A DNA stretch of 63,985 nt, counting the filler, from Collodictyon triciliatum (lineage: Eukaryota), in assembly GCA_043381765.1 (NCBI GenBank). It is 4 parts of 4 records of this genome, joined end to end, with 100 filler letters (N's around TTAATTAATTAA, not from the genome) between each part and the next. Parts side by side here need not be neighbours in the genome. Positions count along the whole stretch, not along the records: positions 20,132 to 51,170 come from JBHJMP010000539.1; 3 more parts are not named here. One strand, written 5' to 3'. Made by a program: the position numbers and the translations under genes. Positions 28,367-41,093 of this stretch are shown one piece after another. The notes below the pieces were generated by a model. The model had not been told where the DNA came from. It worked only from the letters and a program-made list of their open reading frames with translations, and searched no databases. Numbering within the stretch: position 1 is the first letter of the stretch; every line of letters starts with the position of its first letter.

Positions 28367-28737
28367 CACGCCTCTTCCGAAGAATCTCTTGAGAAGATTT
28401 ATGGTGCGTGGGTGTTGTTTCTTTTTTTATTTCTTTTGTTTGTTTGTTTGTTTGTTTGTTTGTTTGTTTGTTTGTTTGTTTGTTTGTTTAGTTGTTTATT
28501 TGTTTGTTTATTTGTTTGTTTGGTTGGTTGTTTGTGTGTTTGTTTATTTGTTTGTTTGTTTGTTTATTTGTTTATTTGTTTGTCTGGTTGGTTGTTTATT
28601 TGTTTGTTTATTTGTTTGTTTGTCATTTTTAAATTACTCTCGACAAGAGGATTCATCAGCTTTGGGTTGCATTGATAACGACGCAGTCGACGGAGCGCAA
28701 AAGTTTTATTGAGCTTTGCGGAAACACGGCAACCGTT

Positions 28738-31700
28738 TCAGAGCTTGGACTCCTGCAGTAGAGAGGTGTTGAAAATCTGCTGGAAAAGTGTCGGCATCTT
28801 GTTTGTGTTGAGGCAGATATGGGCACGGCCGGCAGGAAGTTCTCGCTTAAGCCTTTTGGATTTTCCGTAAGTAAATTCGATACCAATTGCAATCCAATAC
28901 AACTATCACACCATAAAAACCCCAAGTTGTCATAATTATTTTCTTTAAAAAAAAAAAAGGAATGGGGAAGCTAAAGACGAAAAAAAAAAAAGCAAAAGAA
29001 AAAGGGTTTGTTTCCGTTGCATACCGGTCAGCTTCCTCAGATAGAGAAGCTATCAGAATCAAATAAGACTTGACGTTTAGGTTCTTTAAAAGAAGATGGC
29101 CGATCTGTTAAACGATAGAAATTGAAGAAGAAGAAAAAAAGAGACAGGAGATAGAGTGAGATGGTATGAACAAGGTCGAGGGTTGGGTGTGTCTGAGTTC
29201 AAATGAGCGAATGGTTATATCTGTTTTTGGCTACATCTTCTTGAAAGATTATTGAAATGTCATTACAAAAGTACCTGCGAGGGTTGAATCCCGTATCTTG
29301 ATAGATTGGCGTCACTTATCAAAAAAACAAAGTAGTCATCGCCCTCTACTTTGGCAACTTCTTCCACCCCGATTTCCAATGATTTCAGCGTTGAATCCCC
29401 GCTGCTGTTAGATTCCAAATACGCATTTAGCCCAGGGGTTGGATGAATTCTATGGGACAGGCCGACGAGTTAGCTGAAAAAGAAAGAGCAGAACATACTC
29501 GCAATGTTGGGCGTGGGCTTGCATCTTGAGCAAAACGTTGAGCTTTTCCTTTGGGGTCTTTGGGAAGGAGCCTATGATACAGTATTTGGGTCATTGTCTT
29601 CTTTTTTCTTCCTTCTGTGCAAAAAGAAAAGCTATGTGTATCTCCTGAAAACTCATCAGAGGACAAAGTCGATATTACATTATTAAAAAAAAAGAATGTT
29701 GGCCAAAGGAGCATCTATAAAGGAGTATGAAACACAACACAACCGACCATATTCCACGAGAGGTAGCCTAGGTCCATCTCCAGAGTGCCCAACAATACAA
29801 ACATCAAATTTGTGTTGGAACCCATCAAAAGACTCTAGAATCATCAAGACAGATTCCATGGAACGGTCCAAACGGCCGTCCGCCATGTTGTAGCGGTACA
29901 TACTAGTTGGGTTTCAAATTTATTTTCATAACAGGTGCAACTTGGACTGTAGATCTTATTTAAAAGTGTATAGTAATTTGCACAACTCACCTAGCACTCA
30001 AGTCAACCAAAAAATGCATTCTTTTTGGCTTTTCCACCAAGAAACGGTTGGGTGACTGACCTTCTCCTCTTTGTCTATAGACTGTCTTCTCCCCTGTGAT
30101 GGCTTCATTTGACAGGAACAGAAGAAGGTAGTGTGGACAAAAAGAATTATGCTGAGAGTGACTCGGCTTCAGTACATTTTTGTATTCCAGACCCTCTATC
30201 TCCCTCTTCTTTTTTTTCCTTTGTCTGTATTTTTGCATCGGTTCATGTTACCTTCTATAAGCTTTCTGTCATCAAAGTCACCAGACTCTTTGTGAGCCAA
30301 CCATGAACGTTCCTGTTTTTTGGCTTCCAGTCCCTCCAGAATAACCCGTAGCTGGGTGACCTCTTTCTTCACCGCGTTGTGATACCTATTGACATGTGAA
30401 TCATTCTTAAAAAAAGCAAAAAGATAACCGGGATTAAAACACGTATGTCAATAACTGCAAAGTACAAATGTAAACAAATCAAAAAAAAAAAAAAAAGGGA
30501 CTACAAAAGTCAGTTCAGACCTGTCGAATATGGCGGCATCATATTCACTCATTTGTATTTCTTTGAGTCGCCGAGCGAGGGCTTCTTTGGCCATTTCTTT
30601 GGCCTTCTCATGGACTTCCCTGCAACAACAATAAATACAAAGTTTTAGGTAGACAGTAAGAAGATGATGACCTCAGACCACATGAATGTAGTGCTGCTAT
30701 GAATACGCAGAGTAGTTTGAACAATATTCTTAAACATGATATACCGCGATATGTTCTGTTTCTCCTTATCGGATATTTGATGGATGGTCGCTGAGTTAGC
30801 CATACGGAAGGGGCCACCTTTTCCCCCCATTCCGGCAGTGTTTCTTCCTCCTGTTCCTCCGGCAAAGCGACCTCCACCCACATGAATTTCTCCGTCGAAC
30901 TCACCAACTTTTGGTCCAGTTGCCTACTCACGTCAAAGAGTAGTCTTACTAGATGCTACCGTTTCATAAGCCGAGAGTAACTAAAGAGATTATCTCAAGA
31001 AGAAATACAGCAAAAAAAAAAAAAAAGAAGGCGAAATGAAGTCGTACTTCTCCTTCACTCCCATCAGTCATGGGGAGAGTACCTGCGGTCTCTTCATCCA
31101 TATCATCTCCCAGCATCGTTTTCCATCTCGATAAATCCTGCATTAGCTTTTGGCTGTCAAAGTCCCAAATTCGAACCATGCCGTCCATTTGGATGGTGGC
31201 TATTTCGCCGCTCGAAAGCTCTGTTATCGAAACGAAACTCGACTGTCCGGCGCTGAATGTGATTACTTTACCTCTCTTTGAATGAAAGTCGATGATTTCG
31301 AATTGACAAATCCCAGAGGATCTATTGTGGAAGATATTCAAGAGTAGACCAAGTCCGATTAGAGTAGTGCTGTGGACCACTTCCGTATCTTTTCTCTAGT
31401 GGGAATAATGTCAAATTTAGATTTCAAAAAAGTAGCACGGTCGAATTATATGAATTCAGAATACCTATTGTATTTATATATATATTGTCGTTTTTGGTTT
31501 GCTATTGCATTTGCTTTCGATAAAATTCCTTGTGTCTCACAATCTCACCTGAGGCCGAGAGAACATAAAGTATCTAATCTCGATGAGACCTTCCAGTAGA
31601 GAATCTTCATAGCCTGTGACATATTGGCCAAAGGAATATGAAGTTCCTTTGATGAGCTTACTCCAAGGCTGCAACGATAAAGGATCCACTTTTTTCACAT

Positions 31701-34700
31701 CCTGAATTGAACAACACAGTGTTTCATTAAACATCAATTCTGACAGATCTAGAGAGTTCGGCATCGGCACTTTGACGCTGTACATGATAGTTTGTGAACA
31801 CTTGTATGATTTATCTGCAACTTTAAAATTGTCGCCAACAGGGAAATAATAAGATGATTTCTGAGAAAATATTATGATTCCTTGGTTTCCAAGAATTTGG
31901 ATGCTTGAAATACGGATATCTGTAGGCATACGAGTGATATATGCCACTTGGTTGGCACAGTTGAATAAAGCAAAGCGATCGCTAGATTCTTGGTATAAAA
32001 CTAAAAATGTTGTGCTAGGAACCCACGCACTACGTGTGAATCTAGATGGAGTTCCATTGAACCCAATCATAGGAATTTCCACTGGAATGGCATGTCTTTT
32101 AATGTAATCTATGAAAATGATGACACCACCTCCAGGAGAAAACAAAATGACGCGTGATGGTGTGGTTGGGTCTCGAAGAAGCAAAGGAGATGGGTGCGTC
32201 TGAAGTAAAAATGGTAATTGGTCCAGTTCTATAGTTTGACACAGTAGCTGGAGTGGGTTTTCAACGTCCCTTGTATAAGAATGCAAGGTGACGGGGTCAG
32301 CCATCAAAATATGAAAAGATTGGTCCAACAGCGAAGTTGATGCTAGTGCTCTTCCTAAAAGGGCGTAATTTTCCACAAATATGTGTGTGACTCTCAAAAA
32401 TGTATCAAAATGAAAGGATTTACTACAAACATATATTCTCGAATGGGGGTTGATGTCATTTTAAATATGGTGTTTGGTTTTTCTGTTGTAGTTGTATGCA
32501 ATTGACAAGACTCTAGACAAACAACTTCTATGTTCAGTATATAACTATTCAAGTATAAATACCTCTTCTACTAACGAGCCATCTCGAGCGTTCTTCAGTG
32601 AAAGTATCTATTCTTGTCTCTGTCCAATTCGATACGGGTGATGGTTTTGTTGGTTTCCACCACCAACCACCCCTTATTCTACATGACACAGTATCCACTA
32701 CTAAAGAGACAGAACCATAATCCAAGCTGAAATTAATGGAACCAGAGTATTTTCCTTCCGGAATGGTGAACTATGTGACATAAGAATCACTTGGTTTTAG
32801 ATTGTAAAAATTCCTGTAAGAAAAATAAATTACCTCCTCAGCCAAACTGATTGACTTTTGCATTATGTTGCCTAGCAGATTCATACAATATTACCGATGC
32901 AGAAATTTTAAAAACAAAATCATGCCTCAAAACCATATGGATATTGAGGAATCAAAAATATTTCTTTAACTGTTTAATGTGTTGGAGCCATACACACACT
33001 TATGGAAGGATTATATGTGTTTTCATTTTGAAAAAAAAATTGTGATTCTAACCCAAAGGAATTCCATATTTTTGAAACGTCGAAATTACTTCATCGGTAA
33101 TTTCGGGATTGTACGTATCAAAGGCAAAAACGTTCTGCAAGACCTGAACATTTGAACACAAAAAAAAGTAATAATTAATTAATTAACAAATAAAAAAAAT
33201 TCAGGGTCTATGATAGTAAATTGAGCTTTTCTGTATTTTCAATTTGTTTATGAACCATTGACGAGCATAAAAGTACCTTTACAAGGCCATCTTCAGGAAA
33301 TTCCTCGAGATGTCGAACGATATTGACAAGCTCTCTGCAGAATCATATGTTGTTAATTGAAATAAACACTTTTACATCCAAAGATCTGTTTAGAGTTACC
33401 TCGTACTGAAAGGATACGATAAAGACCCGTCGTCTGATTTTGCACGCAGCTCATCAAAAGCAGCCACCAAGGGAAGTAATAAGTCCTCACTTATGGTTGG
33501 TGCATACATTCGAAGCAACACCAGTTCTGAAGCTCGGTCAGGGTTATCAACAACAAGGCTATTTCGATAAGAAACTTTGTTTATTTTTCATCGGAAAATT
33601 TTTTTAAAAAAAAATGTCGTTTTCTCTTTTAGTTGTTTATTACATGACAAACCTACTAAAGACGTCGCCAGTTTCACGAAATAGAGCATTGCCTAAGAAA
33701 GGATAGCTATAAAAGAAATAGCATAAAGTGAACAAAGGCACCTCGATATGGTACATTTAGTGTGTATTATTTTAGACAAATACTTTGAATGTTTTCAAAA
33801 TTGGTATTATCTTTCAACAGGACTAAATAGTTTATACATTATTAGGCTCTTCAAATAAATTTTATTGTACAAAATATTCTAACCCAGGTCTGTTGGCGAG
33901 AACAATCATTCTGAAATCAGAGTGTAAAATAATTAATTCCTCTTGACTATCAGGATACAAAGGAAGCGACTCTAGACGAACTATTCTCTTTCCATTAGTC
34001 AGGAGCATTTCTCCATCTTCAACAAGTCCTACACCATATAAATCATAAAATATTTGCATTATTCTTTACATTTAGAAAAAGATCCATTTTATTTAACTTG
34101 TTCAACTTGTCATCTAGGAGCTTCGAAGCGGAGGGAACACATTGTTGAAATAAAAATGAAATGATATATTAATAATAAACACAAGGTTGGATATTAAAGT
34201 CAAGCAAAAAATGGTTTACCCTTGAGAATAGAAACAACTTCGAGGGGGGCCTTGTCTGCTTCATCGACCTGAATCAAATGACTTTATTACTGCAATCTCT
34301 GTATTTACAAATATAAGTGCAAAGAATGTATATTAAGCCTATCTTGCCACTTGATTTAGGTCGTGTCATATCACATACGACTAGGACATATCCATTCTTG
34401 GCGGCTATGACTAATGGTGAATCATCCCACACAACTACGCCATCTCTGACGCTTGGCTGTAGGGTAAGGCTTTGAACGGTAGTGTCGCGGTGTAGTTGGA
34501 TGTATTGCCTTGGTTTTTGAATTATTTCCAAAAATTTATCCGTAAGTTTGTTCTTTCCCACACCTTGGTTTCCAATGAGCATCAAATGATTCCCTAGAAG
34601 ATATTCTTTCAACATTTGTTTCAATAATTGAATGTGTCTAGGAATCTCGTAGAAGAGGACCTACGCACATGTTAAGTTTGAAATGGATAAGTATGGGGTT

Positions 34701-37451
34701 CTGAAAACTACAGGTTTATTGGAATTGTACTTTTAAAAACACAAAAAAAAATCTATCATCAAAATGGGAATTTGAAAGAAGAAATATGCTACATACTTTC
34801 GGGACAAGTGATATGTCTGCCGGAGGAGAGAAAACAGCTGATATTTCACCAATATCGAGTCTAGAATAAAAATCGAGCGTTATTACAAACCCCGGTTATT
34901 TGAGTAACAGTCGCAGTTTTAGTGGATTTGTTTGACAAATAAAGAATAAATAAAAAAAAAGAATGCACCTGATACAAATTATTATGAATACATCGAAATA
35001 TGCAGTCTTCTTTTTCTTTTTTTTTAACTCTTTTATCTCGTTTTTTCTTACCGACAGAACCCATTCTCAATATTTGTTATGGTAATTTTGCACTTTGGCT
35101 CCATAAATTGTGGAGGATAGAGGTTACACTCCTTCAAAATCCCANNNNNNNNNNNNNNNNNNNNNNNNNNNNNNNNNNNNNNNNNNNNNNNNNNNNNNNN
35201 NNNNNNNNNNNNNNNNNNNNNNNNNNNNNNNNNNNNNNNNNNNNNNNNNNNNNNNNNNNNNNNNNNNNNNNNNNNNNNNNNNNNNNNNNNNNNNNNNNNN
35301 NNNNNNNNNNNNNNNNNNNNNNNNNNNNNNNNNNNNNNNNNNNNNNNNNNNNNNNNNNNNNNNNNNNNNNNNNNNNNNNNNNNNNNNNNNNNNNNNNNNN
35401 NNNNNNNNNNNNNNNNNNNNNNNNNNNNNNNNNNNNNNNNNNNNNNNNNNNNNNNNNNNNNNNNNNNNNNNNNNNNNNNNNNNNNNNNNNNNNNNNNNNN
35501 NNNNNNNNNNNNNNNNNNNNNNNNNGGTTGGCTTCTCTGAGACATTTGGCTACGTGGACAATTTTTGAGAGGACTTCATCATGAACTTCAGGAACAATTT
35601 TTTTTAGCAGCATTTCCTCCTCATTTTTAGGTAAAATCGGTATTGCATGGAAGTTGAATATGGTCATGAGTTCAGATGAAAGCCACCTAAAATTGATAAT
35701 CAAATGAAAAATCTATTATTTCCGTTGCCCGAGAAAGCAAGCGAAGTGAGGAATTTATAGTGCTTTTTTATGATTGGAATATTTACTTATTCTTTACGGA
35801 TGGGGGCTCGCCAAGAGCAATTACTCTGAATGACGCATGGACTGGATATATCTTTGCTCTAGACAAGACATCTTGTCCAATTTTACTGTCGTAATAAAGA
35901 GACCCATCTCAATTTATTGATACCAATCTCTTGGGAAATTGGAAAACATACGCTAGAACGTTTATCTCTTTTGTGGTAAATACCTCGCCAGCAGCAAATA
36001 TCTTTGTGGGTGAATCAAGCGAGAACCGTTAGGTAGTTGAACATCATTGTCAGTAATCAATCTTTGAAGAGCACTCGCTATTGTTCCCTCCTGCATTAGA
36101 AAAAACAGGATAAATTAATTAGCTTTTTTTTCTTTTCTTAAAGTTTTCAAATGCCCAATCGCCAGGGTTTTATGTGAGTAAATTTCCCTCGATGACACTT
36201 AAAGGAAAGAAAGAAATTGAAGAGAACAAAACGATGATTCCATGATTACTTGGAGATGGTGAATGCCGTCTAAAATCAACAAGCGACCAAATTTTGCGGC
36301 TGTGATTAGAGGAGAATCCTCCCATATGGTGTCACCGTTTGTGTTCGTTGACCGACGCTGCAAAAGGTCTCTCGTAGTCATATCTGAGGGAATGGACATC
36401 CGACATGTTTCCGAGGTGATTTATATTCTCTTCAGGAGATGGGACAGAGTGATCTACATGAACGATGCATATATATATGATAAGTGATGAAATTACCTTT
36501 GAAAAGAGGAAATGTTTCAACGGGGTAAGACAACAACTGGGTAAGGTATTTTGCTATGACGGATTTCCCAGCTCCTTTCGTGCCAACCTAATAGGATGAA
36601 ATATGTATCGTGAGCTGAGAAATAGATGAGGGAAATGCTGTATTACTACTGATTGATATTCGACTTTCGGTTTTAAGAGAAAGTGTTCGTTACAATGCAA
36701 ATGTTTTGCCCAACAGACAAATCTAGAAGCATGGAGACTATCATGTCCTCGTGCTGCTGCGTCATCTCGACGTGGATGGTAGGCTGAAACCTGTTAACTA
36801 ATATAGGCACAGACATTATAACGGTAGACATACAAAAATTAACTTAAATTGTTTTTACAAAATAAAAATTCCATTTTAAAAGAGCATCATAATGAAGATA
36901 ATTTTAGTGATACGGTTTAGAGAGAAAGAAAATCGGTTACCTGGTGTTGTATCAATTTGAAATGAAATTATCTCGCCAGGAACTATCTCTTGGTCTATTC
37001 TATTCGCGAGTTGAACAGAAACTTCATGTTTTGCCTGTGTAGAGAATATGAAGGGGAAAATCCATGGTATAAAGTTATCTGAATAATATGTGTTTATTTT
37101 CCATGTCCAAATAAATAAAGGATATTTCAGAGTTGAAGTAACACGCGAACAAAATACAAGGTCATATTTGATTATTATGGTAATGTTGCTGCTGTGGGTA
37201 TGAGAAGAATCAAGATATATATAAGAGAGGTATCACATAAAAATCGAAGATCATGAATATGATCATTCGCGAGGTTCATTTTGTACTTCATTCAGGACCC
37301 GACGAACATCCAGTATCTTGGTGTGTGATATTTGTCCATTAAGAGTAGAAAACCTCTCAAACACCCCCTTTAACATTTCTCTCTGACTGTCAGTATCTAT
37401 AACCAGATGTGCAGGATAAACTCTTTCCATAAGAGACTTCAAAGGCATCCC

Positions 37452-37511
<60 letters not shown>

Positions 37512-39751
37512 TGTGTGTTAGAATGGATAATCATTTCTTTTTTCAAGAGAAAACCTGGAAACAGTTGGAAAGGGGGAAGAAGACCTCTAAAGTATATCAA
37601 GCGCCTTCAATAGGACACGACAGATATTATCAGACATACTCTACCGGGAACAGCTTGCATCAGCTGTCCGATTCGGAGCAACTTGTAGGAAGGAAATTCC
37701 GGCATGGTGGAAACGATATCTTTGGCTATAATGAATCGTTAAACTATAAATTACCCATTATGATGTAGTTTTGAAGATATTGCATGTTCTTTATCTTAAA
37801 TAATGTAGGGCACGCAATAGTCAAAGATAAGGCGGAATCCAAAAATGTATCAGTTTTCTTCCTAGGAAAACATTTTGGTTTGAAAATTACTTGCAGATGT
37901 TAACAATCGAAGTGCTTCGACAAATTGAACAACAGAGACAATGATTTCTCTGGGAACGCTGGGGAAAAGATCGATCATCATAGTCAACTGAGATGGTAAG
38001 GATAGGCCTGAAATGTCTCTGTGGATTATTGTAATATGTTGAATATGAGTTGATTGAAGACATGAGTATAACCTAGCAGTATTTGCCGTCTATCTATATA
38101 TATAAAAAAAATGATTAGCGGCCAAAAGAAATTACCGAGCCTGAAATCGACTTCTCAGTGGAGGGTCAAGCGGATTTCCAGGAAATCTTGGAACCTGTAT
38201 GTTCATTTTGACAGAATACGCCAACAGAATGCAACAAAGACAAATAGGAGTAAGGGGGAAAAACATATTTCCTCGATGAGAGAAAAATATTCTGAATATG
38301 GTTAGAGTAAGAAAAAGCTATTCTGATTGATAACTCAAATTGTTATGGGAAGACAAGGCAAGTGAGCCCACCGGTAATCCAAGTGCGACTACTCGAAAGT
38401 TTGGATGGACTCTCTCGATACGGCGAGACCGCAAGGTTTTTTCGCCAATTTGTTTAGATAGTTCGTCATATCTCGCTGGGGCCATTAAAAATCTACCATC
38501 TTCTAGATTCATCTCTCGATTCTCCAACAGATTATTCAAGACCGGTAGAACTTTGGATATCGCCAGCCATGCGCCATAAATGGGTTGAAATCAGAAATCA
38601 AAATGTGACGCAAACATAAAGTATGATAGAGGAGAGCAAAATAATGGTCAATATTTACCATTTCGTTCCGCTTTTTCGATGCCATCCAGAATCAGAACTC
38701 TTCCATAGAGAGCTGCAGAAACCGCGGGTTGGTCGTAATAAATTGCTGTGCCGTTGACGATTTCTCTGCGCTGCTTCAAGTCGGCCTCGGTGGTGTCTCT
38801 TTTTTTTTTTTTTTTTTTTGACATAGTTTGTAATTTGACACGATGAGAGATATCCATAAAAGTATTTTATCGCATCAACATTATCAAGGATTTAAGTAAA
38901 GGTGAAAACATATGATGATGCAATTATGAAGAAAAATGGAATTATAAGGTGTGATTGAATAAAGGTGTCAACATACAAATGGTGTAGTGTGCATAAATAG
39001 GTTGTGGATATACACACCTTGTCAGAGCGACATACTCGCATTCTCGTTGGGTGAGTTCGCAAAACAAGAGCGAAATATGACGCCGAAGCGGGCCAGGTGG
39101 ACCGATGAGAAAAATGTCTTGCCCAACAAAGTCCTATGTAATATTTAAGATGTGACCTCGAGGGCTAATGATGGGAACAGGATTAAGACGAGGGCGAAGA
39201 ATTATGGAGAGCGAGGCGAATAGGTGATGGGGTTCCAGGGAACTTTTGGAACCAAACCTTTTGCGCCATCCACTTTAGATGCTCTACAACCTCCTTCAAT
39301 TGAGCCATCCGGAAATTTGCGGGAAGGCCTATTCCATCCCACCAGCCGTGCGGAACCTACAAAGGGATGATACTCAATGCAATCCAAACAATAAGGTAGA
39401 CGCTCTGATTGCACGGACAAAGGACTTTGGTAAAGCTTCATCCTGAATCGGGTACTTTTGGGCAGAATGTATTACAGAAATGCCCCGCACAGAAAGAAGG
39501 GGGGAAATGGAGCATGGCTTATGGGGAGAGGAAACAGACTTCCAGCGTCAGGTGGTTGCGTAGGCGCTAAAGTCGGGCGGGTATGGGAACAAAGAAGCAC
39601 AAACCAACTCAAGCCTCTTGGGCTCCAAAAGCTTCGCCGCTTTTTTGTTTGGAAGCAGAGAGCGGATGAAATGCTCTGCGCGGGTGCGGGCGTGGGCGTG
39701 GGCATTGGGGCTGGCGGCTTTGTTGGCTTTGGCGTCGGTCTTTGGCTCCAT
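28738..39751 (-). CDS. VWA8: VWA8 (KIAA0564)-family multi-AAA+ ATPase with C-terminal VWA domain
   Basis: HLKWMAQKDFVGQDIFLIGPPGPLRR, RDTTEADLKQRREI, LNNLLENREMNLEDGRFLM, LIGNQGVGKNKLTDKFL...YIQLHRDTTVQSLT, YPFSTRE, HVGGGRFAGGTGGRNTAGMGGKGGPFR, MYRYNMADGRLDR, IVGHSGDG, LISDANLSRYGI; ends ...LLQESKL* (TGA 28740-28738). The start could lie in an upstream exon (up to about 40030). One gap at 35145-35525. Confidence 0.95.
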
Positions 39752-41093
39752 CGCCTTGTTGGCGTCTGTAAAGCCTTGAGGGAGGAGGACGAAAGTGAAC
39801 GGAAAAAAAAAGACAACAGGCCAAGTGAGGCAGCGCACAAGACGCACACGCCTGGATTCCTGTTTCCTGCTGCCCACACCTCCGCAGCAGCGTGGAATCG
39901 CCCCGGTCTTTGCAGGAAGGGCAGCAGCGCAGAGCGCGATACATCTGACCGGGAGATGTCCACCGCCCACAACGCACTGAGGAGCAGCGCCGTCGGTGGA
40001 TGACGCATTCGCTGTGACTATGCGGTACATGTTGTACCATACTGCTGTGTTAGTGCTGCTGTTTTCGGTTCAAAAATTCAAAGCGGCGACTTTTGCCTGT
40101 GGCGATTTTTCGGCGAGAATGCAGCTCATATCGCGCGAATCTGGGTTCTTTGTCTGATCGCAGAATCCACGGCGTTGAGCGGCATAAGTCTCCCAGGCAG
40201 CGCCGTTGCGGTGGGTGTTTGTTTTGGGTGCGAGCTGTCTAGAAATCGTGGGAATTGATCGCTCGCGCTTGGGAGACCTTGCCCGCCGTGGGCTAATTGT
40301 AGATCTGAAAAGAGAGGATTATCGGGCTCCATCTTTGTTTTCCTTTTTTTCTTTTTTTCTCCTTTTTTTTCTCCTTTTTTTTCTCCTTTTTTTTCTCCTT
40401 TTTTTTCTCCTTTTTTTCTCCTTTTTTTTCTCCTTTTTTTTTTTCTTTTTTTTTTTTTTTTTTNNNNNNNNNNNNNNNNNNNNNNNNNNNNNNNNNNNNN
40501 NNNNNNNNNNNNNNNNNNNNNNNNNNNNNNNNNNNNNNNNNNNNNNNNNNNNNNNNNNNNNNNNNNNNNNNNNNNNNNNNNNNNNNNNNNNNNNNNNNNN
40601 NNNNNNNNNNNNNNNNNNNNNNNNNNNNNNNNNNNNNNNNNNNNNNNNNNNNNNNNNNNNNNNNNNNNNNNNNNNNNNNNNNNNNNNNNNNNNNNNNNNN
40701 NNNNNNNNNNNNNNNNNNNNNNNNNNNNNNNNNNNNNNNNNNNNNNNNNNNNNNNNNNNNNNNNNNNNNNNNNNNNNNNNNNNNNNNNNNNNNNNNNNNN
40801 NNNNNNNNNNNNNNNNNNNNNNNNNNNNNNNNNNNNNNNNNNNNNNNNNNNNNNNNNNNNNNNNNNNNNNNNNNNNNNNNNNNNNNNNNNNNTTTTCTCC
40901 TTTTTTTTCTCCTTTTTTTTCTCCTTTTTTTTCTCCTTTTTTTTCTCCTTTTTTTTCTCCTTTTTTTTCTCCTTTTTTACCCAAGGCTTGGTCGCCCTGC
41001 CCTCGCCTGAAATGTTTGTTTCTCACCATCCGGCAGGCAGAAGTCAATCAAGCACCCACTCGCTCGCTCACAGCACTCAAGACAACTGCCGTA

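Noticed and set aside
33405-33420. GTATCCTT on the minus strand as a U12 donor
   Set aside because: It encodes the conserved VWA8 peptide SYPFSTR.
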